35,027 bases of DNA, taken from Flammeovirgaceae bacterium (GTDB taxonomy: Bacteria > Bacteroidota > Bacteroidia > Cytophagales > Cyclobacteriaceae). Within the stretch, counting starts at the first letter, position 1, and each line of letters begins with the position of its first letter. The translations under genes were made by a program, and so were the position numbers. Positions 8,492 to 19,006 of this stretch are shown in pieces. The notes beneath the pieces were generated by a model. It had not been told where the DNA came from and ran no database searches. It worked only from the letters and a program-made list of their open reading frames with translations. Location: NCBI GenBank assembly GCA_044507115.1, contig JBIQJZ010000003.1, positions 1 through 35,027 on the forward strand. Reading direction: 5' to 3'.

Positions 8492-10426
8492 TTACTCCGG
8501 AGCAGCCGACTCGCGCTGGAATGCACTGACAAATTCGTCGAGGTCCATGCTGCCCTGATCCCCCTGACCGTGCTTTCTCACAGACACGCGGTTCTCGCTG
8601 GCTTCCTTTTCTCCGACAATCAGCATGAACGGAATTTTCCTGGTCTCGGCATCTCGAATTTTACGACCGATCTTTTCATCCCGGTCATCGAGAAGCCCCC
8701 GGATATCCACAGCCTTCAGCTTCTCAAATACCTCGGTGGCGTAGTCATTGAATCGCTCAGAAATCGGCAGCACCGCGATCTGGTCCGGAGCAAGCCACAA
8801 CGGGAAGTTGCCGGCGCAATGCTCAATCAGTACCGCGACAAAGCGCTCAAGCGAGCCGAACGGCGCACGGTGGATCATCACCGGCCTGTGCTTCTGATTG
8901 TCAGAGCCCACGTACTCCAGTTCAAACCGCTCCGGAAGGTTATAATCAACCTGGATAGTCCCCAGCTGCCACGAACGTCCTAACGCATCGCGCACCATGA
9001 AGTCGAGCTTCGGACCGTAGAATGCCGCTTCTCCCTTCACGGCCATGGTCTTCAGACCACGTTCATCAGCAGCTTCCTGGATCTCCCGCTCAGCTTTATC
9101 CCACAAATGGTCCTCCCCGATATACTTCTCCCGGTTGTCGGGATCTCGCATGGACACTTGTGCTGTGAAGTGCTCAAACCCTAACGACTGGAATACATGC
9201 AATACAAGGTCAATTACCTTGACAAATTCCTCCTTCACCTGATCCGGCCGACAGAATATGTGCGCATCGTCCTGCGTAAAACCCCGTACCCGCGTCAACC
9301 CGTGGAGTTCCCCGCTCTGCTCATACCGGTACACCGTACCGAATTCCGCGAGGCGCACCGGGAGGTCGCGGTACGACCGCGGCTTCACCTTGTATATCTC
9401 ACAGTGGTGCGGGCAGTTCATTGGTTTCAGCAAGAACTCCTCACCCTCATCTGGCGTATGTATCGGCTGGAAAGAATCCTTCCCGTATTTTTCGTAGTGA
9501 CCAGAGGTCACATACAATGATTTACCTCCGATATGCGGCGTTACGACTGGATCATACCCCGCCCGCACCTGGGCACGGCGTAGAAACTGCTCGAGCCGCT
9601 CCCGGAGAATTGTCCCCTTGGGCAACCACAAAGGCAATCCCATGCCGACTTTCTCCGAAAAGGCAAATAACTCAAGTTCCCTCCCGAGCTTCCGGTGATC
9701 GCGCTTCTTCGCTTCCTCAAGCACGTGAAGGTACTCGTCCAACTCCTTTTGCTTCGGAAAGGTGATGCCGTAGATACGCGTGAGCATCTTGTTCTTTTCA
9801 TTCCCGCGCCAGTAGGCACCCGCCACATTCAGCAATTTCACCGCCTTAATAAATCCGGTGTTCGGCAAATGCGGACCGCGACACAGGTCGACAAAATCCC
9901 CTTGTTGATAGAAGGTGATACTACCGTCCTGCAGATCCGTTATCAACTCGATTTTGTAGGGATCATCTTTCTTGCTGAAGTAGTCGAGCGCATCCGACTT
10001 AGACACCTCCGTACGGACGAAGACGCTCTCCTTCTTTGCCAGTTCCTTCATCTTGGCTTCTACCGCGGCCAGGTCGGGTTCTCCAAAGGTTCGGTCGCCG
10101 AGATCGACATCGTAGTAGAATCCATTTTCGATAGCCGGACCAATCCCGAACTTCACACCGGGATACAACGCTTCCAACGCTTCGGCGAGAAGGTGAGCGG
10201 AAGAATGCCAGAAAGTATTCTTTCCCTTCTGATCGCTCCACGTCAGAATTCGCACTGTCCCGTCGGTGTTGATTGGCCTCGACAACTCAATGACTTCGTC
10301 GTTGAACTCAATGGCCAGCGCATTGCGCGCCAAGCCCTCGCTAATGCTACGGGCAATTTCGGCGCCAGTGACGCCGACTGGAAATTCTTTGACGTTGCCG
10401 TCGGGAAAGGAAATCTTTACATTCAT
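8492..10426 (-). CDS. thrS: Threonine--tRNA ligase
   Basis: TGS domain [72 protein letters not shown]; start moved to ATG 10426 (MNVKISF). Confidence 0.99.
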   Translation of the reverse strand: MNVKISFPDGNVKEFPVGVTGAEIARSISEGLARNALAIEFNDEVIELSRPINTDGTVRILTWSDQKGKNTFWHSSAHLLAEALEALYPGVKFGIGPAIENGFYYDVDLGDRTFGEPDLAAVEAKMKELAKKESVFVRTEVSKSDALDYFSKKDDPYKIELITDLQDGSITFYQQGDFVDLCRGPHLPNTGFIKAVKLLNVAGAYWRGNEKNKMLTRIYGITFPKQKELDEYLHVLEEAKKRDHRKLGRELELFAFSEKVGMGLPLWLPKGTILRERLEQFLRRAQVRAGYDPVVTPHIGGKSLYVTSGHYEKYGKDSFQPIHTPDEGEEFLLKPMNCPHHCEIYKVKPRSYRDLPVRLAEFGTVYRYEQSGELHGLTRVRGFTQDDAHIFCRPDQVKEEFVKVIDLVLHVFQSLGFEHFTAQVSMRDPDNREKYIGEDHLWDKAEREIQEAADERGLKTMAVKGEAAFYGPKLDFMVRDALGRSWQLGTIQVDYNLPERFELEYVGSDNQKHRPVMIHRAPFGSLERFVAVLIEHCAGNFPLWLAPDQIAVLPISERFNDYATEVFEKLKAVDIRGLLDDRDEKIGRKIRDAETRKIPFMLIVGEKEASENRVSVRKHGQGDQGSMDLDEFVSAFQRESAAPE

Positions 10427-10512
10427 GATCGCTTGAACAATTCGGGGCACAAAGATGCGGAAAGAAGCTGAAAGCTGAAAGCCTGTGTCAACCAATGTGA
10501 ACCTCTTGGTTC

Positions 10513-13032
10513 CTACAGGTTAAACTGGAAGCTGAACAAGACGCCAAAGGTTCGGACGTCAGGGTTTTGCGCCTTGTCGGTATACGTCACCCGATGTATG
10601 AAGTCGACGCGAAAGAACTTGAGGATATTCTCAATACCATAGCCCAGCTCAATATAGGGGACGCCACGCGAAAGAAAGCCAATCGCCCGGGTATCATCCG
10701 AGGTTTCCTCAGGGATGAGAGCCCTGTTCATGCTACTCATCCCTCCCATGATCACGTTAGCCGTTCCCACAAGACGCCACTTCAGCTTGCGCATGAGCGG
10801 GATTCGGTTGAGCAGGAGTCCTTCAAAGTGGTGACTGTAGTGCAGCGCGGCAAATCTGTCGCTTACGAACTCGCCATAGTCCATCAAGTTGTACGTTACA
10901 TGAGCAAAGAAGGGTGTCTGGTTCCCAAGATGTAGCGACAAAAGCGGGTACGGCAGGCGACTAAACACATACTCACCTGTCAGCGTAACATAGCCGACCC
11001 CTGCTGGCCCGTACCGTACGCGTTTGTGAACCGACAGCCTCAACTTGTCGTAATCGAAGTCACTTCCGGCTATTCCTTTGAAGCCGTGGGTATACCGCAA
11101 CGTGACGACCGGCCATTTGCTTGTTCCGAGGCTAATTCGCTCGTTGTCATTTATGACAAACAGCTCATCACGCGCAAATCTTGTTTCGAGAATGAGCTCC
11201 GCGTTTTCGAACGTGGACGACGTATCCTGCTCGCCACCTTTCGGTAAGTATCCGAAGTCGAAGACCGGGCGAAATGTGCTGTAGCGAAACGCTGCCCGCT
11301 GTGACAGGCCGCGCATTAGCTCACGCTGGAAATTGAAACGGCTTTCGTCGAAATAGTAGGCTCGGCGGAAAGTCCCGAATCGCTGGGCGGCGAGAAAGAG
11401 GTAGTTGTCAGCCAGGTTCTCATCATCCACCCCGACGCGTCCCAGGTCGCTGCGAACGCGGAAGGTCATGGACGTCCACCGATCACGGTCCAGAATGTTT
11501 TGGACAAATGCCGAATACTTGACGCGGTCATCCTGGAAACCATAGCCGACACTTCCTCCGAGCACCCATTTGTTACTGAATCGATAATTCGTCTTAAAGC
11601 CGGGCTGCACGCGCAAACCTTCGATGTTGTTGACCGCCATAAGTGAGATGTACGGCCCCAGGTCTACCTTCCCCGCGCGATAGTAGCCATTAACCGCTAT
11701 CTCGATGATGTCGGTGTAGGTCTTGACGACCGGAATATTCTGAAGCGTATCGATCATCCGATAAACGCTCTTCTCGGTTTCAGAGAGCGGCTCATGTCGC
11801 AATGTGTCCCAATGCGATTCCTCTTCCTGCTCACGGGCGTTCGCTGCCATCACGATTTCACGCTGATAGAAGGAAGGGTCGCGTGGTTGGTTTACGATGA
11901 TATTTCTGTTTGATGTATAAAACTTCGCCAGCATTCCCGCAGAGCTTGCAGACAGTTCACTGATATCGATGAGTACACGGTTTCTCACCGGGATCCATGC
12001 ACCTTCACCTGCCGGCTCGAGTTCCTGCTGTATGCGAATCTTCTCGATGAAGTTGAGGTTGGCCTGCTTGCCGACCGTTGCGTCTACCTGTTTCAGCGCC
12101 CACTGATCTTTCGTGATCCAGATCGTCCCGGTGAACGCGAGGTCTTGGGGACTCTTCGGATGAAAGTCCAGGCGATAACAAAAGTCATCGCCTACATACA
12201 TGCTGTCGGTCAGGTCGTAGTTGTAATAAAGGCGCCATCCATCCGCGATGGGAGACACAAACTCTTTCGTAAGAATAGTAAGCCAGTTCTGATAGAAGTT
12301 GTATTCCTGAAATGATGCGCCGACAAACTGTGTGATCAGCGTACCATCCTGAACGCCAATGCCGGTAATTTTCGACTTCAGGATGTTTTCAAGGCGCAAT
12401 TGTGGATTTGTGCGATAGTAATAGCGTGACACGCTTTCGGAAATGAAGATCGGCAGAATCGGCTTTCCATCTTCGCCGGCGATTTGCTCCACACTGTCGA
12501 GCACACGCGTGATCTTCTGAATCATCTTGCGCTGGCGAAACTTTTTCGACATGTTATCGACATCGATTTCAATCTTCGTGTAGGTGTCGTATTCGTACGC
12601 CGATAGCTTGCGTTTGTCGTTGTTCGGTTTGCTGCGAACAACATTGCGGAGAATCTCAAACGCCGGATTCTCACCGGCAAGAAAAACTATTTCCTGGAGG
12701 GCAGTAACCTCTTCTTCGAGCTGAAAATTAATTGTCTGTGTTACGCCGCGTTCAACTTTCTTTGTCCGTGTGCGGTAGCCCAGATAAGACACAACCAGCG
12801 AATCCGCATTGGTCGATGTCCGGACGATGAAATTTCCGTCGAAATCGGTCGTCGATCCGTGGGTTGTTCCCGCAAAGATGACATTGGCAAAAGGAATGGG
12901 GTCTCCGGAATGCGCGTCCGTTACCTTACCCTTCACAACGGTTTGCGCATGAAGCGCGGCCGGAAGAGCCAGAAGGACTACGAACTTCGCTGCAATAACG
13001 CAATACAGGGTCTTACCAATCGTGGTGCGCAC
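10513..13032 (-). CDS. Carboxypeptidase-regulatory-like domain + DUF5686 outer-membrane protein
   Basis: Signal peptide, then [19 protein letters not shown]...TTDFDGNF...VSYLGY; [11 protein letters not shown]; C-terminal [23 protein letters not shown] and an aromatic beta-strand ending FSFQFNL. Confidence 0.85.
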   Translation of the reverse strand: MRTTIGKTLYCVIAAKFVVLLALPAALHAQTVVKGKVTDAHSGDPIPFANVIFAGTTHGSTTDFDGNFIVRTSTNADSLVVSYLGYRTRTKKVERGVTQTINFQLEEEVTALQEIVFLAGENPAFEILRNVVRSKPNNDKRKLSAYEYDTYTKIEIDVDNMSKKFRQRKMIQKITRVLDSVEQIAGEDGKPILPIFISESVSRYYYRTNPQLRLENILKSKITGIGVQDGTLITQFVGASFQEYNFYQNWLTILTKEFVSPIADGWRLYYNYDLTDSMYVGDDFCYRLDFHPKSPQDLAFTGTIWITKDQWALKQVDATVGKQANLNFIEKIRIQQELEPAGEGAWIPVRNRVLIDISELSASSAGMLAKFYTSNRNIIVNQPRDPSFYQREIVMAANAREQEEESHWDTLRHEPLSETEKSVYRMIDTLQNIPVVKTYTDIIEIAVNGYYRAGKVDLGPYISLMAVNNIEGLRVQPGFKTNYRFSNKWVLGGSVGYGFQDDRVKYSAFVQNILDRDRWTSMTFRVRSDLGRVGVDDENLADNYLFLAAQRFGTFRRAYYFDESRFNFQRELMRGLSQRAAFRYSTFRPVFDFGYLPKGGEQDTSSTFENAELILETRFARDELFVINDNERISLGTSKWPVVTLRYTHGFKGIAGSDFDYDKLRLSVHKRVRYGPAGVGYVTLTGEYVFSRLPYPLLSLHLGNQTPFFAHVTYNLMDYGEFVSDRFAALHYSHHFEGLLLNRIPLMRKLKWRLVGTANVIMGGMSSMNRALIPEETSDDTRAIGFLSRGVPYIELGYGIENILKFFRVDFIHRVTYTDKAQNPDVRTFGVLFSFQFNL

Positions 13033-13089
13033 AGGGTTTCATTGATGGCCTGACCATGATTTAACACCGGATAACGGCCGTGGGTTGCA

Positions 13090-13749
13090 TCAGGATTGAA
13101 CATTTATTTCTTCTTTTTCGCCCAAAAACCTTGGATCTGTCTTGAAAATATATAGGTCGAGTACCGCTTTCGTGCGTGCGAGGTACTCCCGCAGATATAC
13201 TTTGATCGTCTGTGGAAGTTCCGGGTCATCCGCGACCATCGCGACAGCGTCCATGTCATAATAACGACTGATAAACAGCGCACGGTAGCAGTGAAACGGC
13301 TGCGTGATGATTGTAATCTTATTCTGACCAAATACTTTCTTGCTCCTCACCACCGAATCCAGCGTCCTGAGGCCCGCGTAATCAAGCGTTATCGCCGAGG
13401 CCGGAACCCCCTTTCCGATGAGCGCTTTTCTCATCTCCGCGGGTTCATTGTAGTATCGGGTGCTGTTATCCCCGCTGAGAATAAAATGATCAACCTTGCC
13501 CATGGAATACAGGGTGGCCGCCATTTCAATTCGCTTTTGAAAAAACGGATTCGGGCCACCTCCGACGGATCGGTGGCTCGTACCCAATACGAGTGCCATC
13601 CGGTGGTCAGGCAATTGCGAAAGATCGGAGAAAACGAGGTCGCGCGTACTCCCGACGATCCACACATTGCAGGCGAGAACGACGGCAAGCAATAGAAAGA
13701 TCACTCCTGACACAAACCGCTTGAGCCTTCGTAGAAACAACATGAACAT
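13090..13749 (-). CDS. sanA: SanA/YdcF (DUF218) family protein
   Basis: N-terminal TM; ALVLGT, NPFFQKRI, ILSGDN...YNEP, LDYAGLRTLDSVVR, ITQPFHCYRALF, REYLARTKAVLD. Confidence 0.9.
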   Translation of the reverse strand: MFMLFLRRLKRFVSGVIFLLLAVVLACNVWIVGSTRDLVFSDLSQLPDHRMALVLGTSHRSVGGGPNPFFQKRIEMAATLYSMGKVDHFILSGDNSTRYYNEPAEMRKALIGKGVPASAITLDYAGLRTLDSVVRSKKVFGQNKITIITQPFHCYRALFISRYYDMDAVAMVADDPELPQTIKVYLREYLARTKAVLDLYIFKTDPRFLGEKEEINVQS

Positions 13750-13769
13750 CGGGTATAGAACGCCGAAAG

Positions 13770-14453
13770 TTACTCAATTGTACGCATAAACTCGCGTTCG
13801 AGTATCTCTGAGCGCCTCACTATTTTGCGATACCAGCCAAGTCTCACGGTATCTTTTTCGACCGCGCTCAGCCCGATATCGGCTTCGGATCGGCGCAACT
13901 TCGGAAGGATCGTATTCAGCGCGATTGCAACACTCACGGATACGTTCAAACTCTCGGTAAACCCAAACATTGGAATCCGGATTTTTTGGTCGCCATGTGC
14001 GAGGCTGTAGGCCGACGCTCCGCGAAGTTCATTGCCGAACACAAGCGCGATCTTTCCGTCAAGAACATCGACATCGTCAATCGACGTACCATCTTCAGCC
14101 GGATCCGCAACGAGCAGACGGTATCCCTGATCTCTTAGATTTTGAAAACACGCTTCAATGTTGTTCGTGCGCCGCGCTTTATAGCGCTGAAGAGTCATCC
14201 ACTTATAGGCGCCCTTCAGCACGCGGATATTCAGTGAATATTTGGCAGTATCTTCTACGATATGCACATCCTGAAGCCCCATGCATTCACATGTGCGAAT
14301 GACCGCACTGGCATTTTGGGACTGGTAGATGTTCTCGAGAACGACAGTAACGTATCGCGTGCGTTGTTCCAGGACCTTTTCGATAAAGGCTTTCTTGTGC
14401 CCGGATACGAACTGCGACAAATGGTCGAGTAGCATGTATTCGGCAGGAGTCAT
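13770..14453 (-). CDS. trmH: TrmH/SpoU-family RNA 2'-O-methyltransferase (tRNA Gm18-like)
   Basis: SPOUT motifs VVLENIYQSQNASAVIRTCE, ALVFGNELRG, IPMFGFTESLNVSVS. Confidence 0.88.
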   Translation of the reverse strand: MTPAEYMLLDHLSQFVSGHKKAFIEKVLEQRTRYVTVVLENIYQSQNASAVIRTCECMGLQDVHIVEDTAKYSLNIRVLKGAYKWMTLQRYKARRTNNIEACFQNLRDQGYRLLVADPAEDGTSIDDVDVLDGKIALVFGNELRGASAYSLAHGDQKIRIPMFGFTESLNVSVSVAIALNTILPKLRRSEADIGLSAVEKDTVRLGWYRKIVRRSEILEREFMRTIE

Positions 14454-14463
14454 GGGAGTTCTC

Positions 14464-15060
14464 CTAATTCCTCTTGCTCAGTTCATCGCGTATCTTGGCG
14501 GCGCGTTCGTAGTCTTCTTTGTCGATGGCTTCCTTGAGGAGTTCGTTGAGTTTCTCGACCGAGTAATTCTTGAAATCGTCTTTGCGAGTCTCCTTACGCG
14601 TTCGCACTTTGGCCTCCGCCTTAGGTTCTACTTTCTCCTCCTCCGCTTCATCTGTCAGGACGATCCCTGCTTCCGCCAGAATATTCTCGTATGTAAAGAT
14701 CGGTGAGTCAAAACGCAATCCAATTGCGATGGCATCAGAAGGGCGGGCGTCGATTTCGGTCTTCTTTAAACCGTCGGAGCACACAATCTTAGCAAAGAAT
14801 ACACCTTCCTTCAGATCGGAAATAACGATCTCCTCGACTGTAAAATGAAAGCTATTCGCGAACGACTTGAACAAGTCGTGTGTCATCGGCCGGTTGGGAA
14901 TGATCTTTTCTATCTCGATGGCTATTGCCTGAGCTTCAAACATTCCGATAATGATCGGCAGTCTTCGGTTTCCATCTGTTTCTCCCAGTACAAGAGCGAA
15001 CGATCCGGTTTGAGACTGGCTCGAGGAGAGACCCAATATTTCTAGCTTTATCTTCTTCAC
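14464..15060 (-). CDS. Bifunctional nuclease family (DUF151) protein with C-terminal UVR motif
   Basis: RRLPIIIGMFEAQAIA, RPMTHDLF, DARPSDAIAIGLR; C-terminal LKEAIDKEDYERAAKIRDEL. Confidence 0.92.
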   Translation of the reverse strand: MKKIKLEILGLSSSQSQTGSFALVLGETDGNRRLPIIIGMFEAQAIAIEIEKIIPNRPMTHDLFKSFANSFHFTVEEIVISDLKEGVFFAKIVCSDGLKKTEIDARPSDAIAIGLRFDSPIFTYENILAEAGIVLTDEAEEEKVEPKAEAKVRTRKETRKDDFKNYSVEKLNELLKEAIDKEDYERAAKIRDELSKRN

Positions 15061-16014
15061 TTACTTCGCTGCTTTGATGGCTTCAGTCAATTTAGGAACG
15101 ATGTCAAACGCATCGCCTACTATACCATAATCGGCTGCCTTAAAAAATGGTGCCTCCGGGTCTTTATTGATAACGACGATCACCTTGGATGAGTTGACAC
15201 CAGCCAGGTGTTGAATCGCGCCGGAAATTCCGACGGCGATGTACAATTGAGGCGCCACCTTGACTCCCGTTTGCCCTACGTGCTCATGATGGGGACGCCA
15301 TCCCATGTCCGACACCGGCTTGCTGCAAGCAGTAGCAGCATTTAACGCTTTTGCAAGTTCTTCCAAGATATGCCAGTTCTCCGGGCCTTTCATTCCGCGA
15401 CCACCCGAGACCACAATGTTTGCTTCCGGGAGGGATATTTCGCCGCTTGCCTTCTCGGTAGATACGACCTGCACACTGAAGTCAGTATCTGAAAACTTAC
15501 CGGAATATGCCACGATCTCCGCAGTCCCCCCTGTTTCCTTGACTTCGACGGCGTTCTTTCGGATTGCAATAATTTTTTTCTGTTGAGTAAGCTTTTGGTA
15601 GCAGAAAGCTTTGCCGGTGTATATGCTCTTGCGTACCACGAAGCCCGACGACGTATCCGGAAGACTCACCACGTTTGTTGCGAGACTGGCGCCGAAACGG
15701 GCCGCAAGCCGCGCCGCAACGGGCTGACCGAGCGACGAATTCGCGAGCACAACGATGTCCGCTTGTTCATCCTGAATAGCCTGCGCAAGGACACTGGTAT
15801 AGGCTTGTACAACACCTTGATTGAGTTTCTGGTCATCGGCGTGGAGCACCTTCTCGGCGCCGAATCGTCCGAGGCTCGAAAGCTCATCTTTGTCAACACT
15901 GCCCAATACAACAGCCGTGACCGGTCCGCCCATCGCATGAGCATAAGCCACCGCTTCGACCGACGTTTGCTTAACTTTTCCTTCCGCGCTTTCAACAAAT
16001 ACTATGACCGCCAT
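15061..16014 (-). CDS. etfA: Electron transfer flavoprotein subunit alpha
   Basis: VVSGGRGMKGPENW, HVGQTGVKVAPQLYIAVGISGAIQHLAGV, INKDPEAPFFKAADYGIVGD. Confidence 0.97.
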   Translation of the reverse strand: MAVIVFVESAEGKVKQTSVEAVAYAHAMGGPVTAVVLGSVDKDELSSLGRFGAEKVLHADDQKLNQGVVQAYTSVLAQAIQDEQADIVVLANSSLGQPVAARLAARFGASLATNVVSLPDTSSGFVVRKSIYTGKAFCYQKLTQQKKIIAIRKNAVEVKETGGTAEIVAYSGKFSDTDFSVQVVSTEKASGEISLPEANIVVSGGRGMKGPENWHILEELAKALNAATACSKPVSDMGWRPHHEHVGQTGVKVAPQLYIAVGISGAIQHLAGVNSSKVIVVINKDPEAPFFKAADYGIVGDAFDIVPKLTEAIKAAK

Positions 16015-16039
16015 TCCTTCGACGTTAAATGCCTATGAA

Positions 16040-16777
16040 CTATAATACCTTTGCTTCAGTCTTCAGCAACTTTACAAGCTCCGCCACATTATCGGCCGGA
16101 ATCATTTTCACCGAGCCTTTCGGCGGAGGCAACTCAAATCGCGTCAACTTCACTCCACCGTCGATCGCCTTCGGCTCAACTACCGAGAGAGGCTTTGTCC
16201 GCGCCGACATGATACCGCGCATATTTGGTATTTTCCATTCGGCAATCGGCTCCTGACATCCTGCAACGAACGGCAAACTCAATTCCAGAAGTTCCTTACC
16301 GCCTTCAATCTCACGCGTAATACGGGCCGTTGTTCCTTCGATCTCCAGTTTCATGACGGGAGATACGGATGGTATCCCGAGCATCTCTCCGACAAGTCCG
16401 TGCACCACACCGCTATTGTAGTCAATAGACTCCCGCCCCATCAGGATCAGGTCATATTCGCCCGCCTTTGCCTGTTCGGCAATTTGCGAAGCGACGAAAA
16501 AAGAATCGACAGGCTCGGCGTTGACCCGGATCGCATCGTCGGCGCCAATAGCGAGCGCTTTGCGTATCGTCGGCTCAGTTTCTGCAAGACCGACATTCAG
16601 CACCGTCAAGGTGGACCCGGTGGATTCCTTCAATTCCACCGCACGCGCAAGTGCGTAATCATCGTACGGTCCGATGATGAACTGAACACCCGACGTATCG
16701 AACTTTGTGTCGTTATCTTTGAAGCTGATCTTGGATGTAGTATCCGGAACATGGGTAATGCAAACCAATATCTTCAT
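16040..16777 (-). CDS. etfB: Electron transfer flavoprotein subunit beta
   Basis: MKILVCITHVPDT, IRKALAIGADDAIRV, LMGRESIDYN, REIEGG, IPNMRGIMSARTKP. Confidence 0.97.
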   Translation of the reverse strand: MKILVCITHVPDTTSKISFKDNDTKFDTSGVQFIIGPYDDYALARAVELKESTGSTLTVLNVGLAETEPTIRKALAIGADDAIRVNAEPVDSFFVASQIAEQAKAGEYDLILMGRESIDYNSGVVHGLVGEMLGIPSVSPVMKLEIEGTTARITREIEGGKELLELSLPFVAGCQEPIAEWKIPNMRGIMSARTKPLSVVEPKAIDGGVKLTRFELPPPKGSVKMIPADNVAELVKLLKTEAKVL

Positions 16778-16922
16778 CTCATTCTAAATCAATGTCTTGG
16801 AAGGTCCTCCGACGGAAACAGGGCTCAAGATACAAAAATTAGAAAGTCAACCTCCGAAACCCCTGAAAAATTCACCAGGCACTATTTTATACCCGGGTAT
16901 GTGATAAATTCACGACCGGAAT

Positions 16923-17240
16923 ATGCGCATCGAACGGATCAAACAACTTGAAAGATTTTACCAGGAGGACCCGGGCGATCCGTTCAATGCGTACGCACTT
17001 GCCCTTGAGTATCGCGCCGTGGATACAGAAAAAACACGGCAACTGTTTAACTTTCTTCTCGACCGGCACCCGGATTATCTGCCTACGTACTACGCTGCTG
17101 CGACGTTTTTTGTGGACGCAGGCGATGCCGACCGCAGCATGCGCATTTTCGAAAACGGTATGGAACTCGCGGGTAAGCAAGGTGATGCGAAAGCGCTTCG
17201 CGAACTTCGCTCTGCATACGAGGAGAATTTTGAAATGTAG
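16923..17240 (+). CDS. Small tetratricopeptide-repeat protein
   Basis: RIKQLERF...DPGDPFNAYALALEY, HPDYLPTYYAAA; a common Bacteroidota short TPR type; convergent with dnaB. Confidence 0.8.
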   Translation: MRIERIKQLERFYQEDPGDPFNAYALALEYRAVDTEKTRQLFNFLLDRHPDYLPTYYAAATFFVDAGDADRSMRIFENGMELAGKQGDAKALRELRSAYEENFEM

Positions 17241-17245
17241 ACTCC

Positions 17246-18769
17246 CTAGAAGGGCGTTTCATCATCGTCGCGCGGTGGCAGAGGTGGTTCGTCGTCGTCA
17301 CTAAACGAATTCAACCTGCTCTCGCGGGTGACCATGCCCGAGAAGGGATTGTCGAATGCCGTCGGTGCATCAAAGTCAGCGAACTTCGTGAACTTACCGA
17401 TGAACTTGAGTTTCGCGGTGCCTGTGGATCCGTTCCGGTGCTTGGCAATAATGACCTCACCCATCCCCTGGGTCGGCATTCCATCCTCATCAACTGTTAT
17501 CTTATAGTACTCCGGACGATAAAGGAACATGACGATATCGGCATCCTGCTCGATAGAGCCGGATTCCCGAAGGTCGGATAGCTGCGGGCGTTTGTCGCCG
17601 CCGCGTGTTTCCACGCCCCTGCTCAACTGTGACAGTGCCAGCACGGGGACGCTGAGCTCTTTCGCAATACCTTTCAGCGCGCGGGAAATGGATGCGATTT
17701 CCTGTTCGCGATTGCCACCCTGATCACCGCGCATCAGCTGCAGATAGTCAATCACGATAAGTTGCACGTTGTGTTCTGCTTTCAGGCGGCGGCACTTGGC
17801 GCGAAGTTCCAGTATCGAGAGTGCCGGCGTATCATCAATAAATATCGGCGCCGACGATAGGCGGCTTGTCTTATGCACGAGTTGTGCCCATTCGTGCTCG
17901 GCAAGGTTACCACGCTTTATCTTCTCCCCTTCCAGCTCCGCCTCGGCCGATATCATCCTGTTGACTAATTGAACACTAGCCATCTCCAGGGAAAAGATTG
18001 CAACTGGAATTTTGAAATCAACCGCAGCATTCCGCAGCGCAGAAACGACGAACGCCGTCTTACCCATACCCGGGCGTGCGGCGATGATAACAAGGTCGGA
18101 TTTCTGCCAACCCGAGGTGATCCTGTCGAGCGCTGTAAAACCACTCGGTACGCCGGTAAGGCCGTCCTTGTGATCCTTCAATACTTGCAACTCCTGAATG
18201 GCACGGGCCATCAGGTTGCGCATATTGTCGTAGTTCTTGCGCAGATTGGAGTCCGATATTTCGAAAACCGACTGCTCAGTTCTGTCGAGCAACTCAAAGA
18301 CGTCGGTCGTATCCTCGTACGCATCGTGATGAATTCGCGAAGCGATGTGGATCAGATCGCGCTTGATCGCCATTTCAATGATGACCCGCGCGTGGTACTC
18401 AATATTTGCTGCGGAACTGACTTTTGAAGTCAATTCGGCGATCGCGTATGCGCCCCCCACCAATTCCAGCTTCGCGTTCTTGCGCAGCTGGTTTACCACG
18501 GTGCGCATATCCACCGGCTCGGAGGCCTTGAAAAGATCGATGATCGCCTGATAAATCTCACGGTGTGTGTCCGCGTAGAAATGTTCGGGCTTTAGAAACT
18601 CGACAACGGCGTTCAGCGCATTCTTTTCGAGCATCAGCGCGCCAAGCACGGCTTCTTCAAGATCACGCGCCTGAGGCGGCAGCTTGCCCAGACTGTCCGA
18701 GATATCCCTCGGAACCAACTTGTTAGACTTACTGCTTAACCTCAGGGACGTCGATCTTCCTTGCTCCAT
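17246..18769 (-). CDS. dnaB: Replicative DNA helicase
   Basis: LPPQARDLEEAVLGALM, GVPSGF, IIAARPGMGKTAF, FSLEM, IDYLQLM, ALSQLSR, LSDLRESGSIEQDADIVMFLYR, IIAKHRNG. Confidence 0.99.
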   Translation of the reverse strand: MEQGRSTSLRLSSKSNKLVPRDISDSLGKLPPQARDLEEAVLGALMLEKNALNAVVEFLKPEHFYADTHREIYQAIIDLFKASEPVDMRTVVNQLRKNAKLELVGGAYAIAELTSKVSSAANIEYHARVIIEMAIKRDLIHIASRIHHDAYEDTTDVFELLDRTEQSVFEISDSNLRKNYDNMRNLMARAIQELQVLKDHKDGLTGVPSGFTALDRITSGWQKSDLVIIAARPGMGKTAFVVSALRNAAVDFKIPVAIFSLEMASVQLVNRMISAEAELEGEKIKRGNLAEHEWAQLVHKTSRLSSAPIFIDDTPALSILELRAKCRRLKAEHNVQLIVIDYLQLMRGDQGGNREQEIASISRALKGIAKELSVPVLALSQLSRGVETRGGDKRPQLSDLRESGSIEQDADIVMFLYRPEYYKITVDEDGMPTQGMGEVIIAKHRNGSTGTAKLKFIGKFTKFADFDAPTAFDNPFSGMVTRESRLNSFSDDDEPPLPPRDDDETPF

Positions 18770-18804
18770 ACAGTGGTTGTTGTACGTGTTTCTTACTCGG
18801 GAGG

Positions 18805-18812
18805 CAAACGTA
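18805..18812 (-). promoter_or_regulatory. Bacteroidota sigma-A -7 element for dnaB
   Basis: Minus-strand TACGTTTG matches TAnnTTTG, about 35 nt upstream of the dnaB ATG. Confidence 0.7.
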
Positions 18813-18830
18813 CAACTGTGTTACATTGAC

Positions 18831-18916
18831 TTTTCCACAATAGTTCCTGTTAACTACTTGTGCATAAGTTGTGAATAAACGTTTTTGTATTGACAACTTG
18901 TGTCAATATGTTCACA
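18831..18916. promoter_or_regulatory. DnaA-box cluster
   Basis: TTTTCCACA (18831-18839, +), TTATGCACA (18859-18867, -) and TTATTCACA (18870-18878, -) all fit TTWTNCACA; degenerate ATGTTCACA at 18908-18916; perfect inverted repeat TATTGACA-N5-TGTCAATA at 18888-18908. Confidence 0.75.
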
Positions 18917-19006
18917 ACCCCCTGACGTCCGTCCGAAAGTCCGAAATGACAAACGTCATTATAGAAAGCCGGAATTTTTCTTTACTTTATCGCCGAATAT
19001 CGGGGG

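Noticed and set aside
8489-10471. Plus-strand ORFs up to 258 aa opposite thrS
   Set aside because: Shadow ORFs arising from the codon bias of thrS.
10466-10486. AAGCTGA-AAGCTGA-AAGCCTG short repeat upstream of thrS
   Set aside because: Only two to three copies; too short to distinguish from chance.
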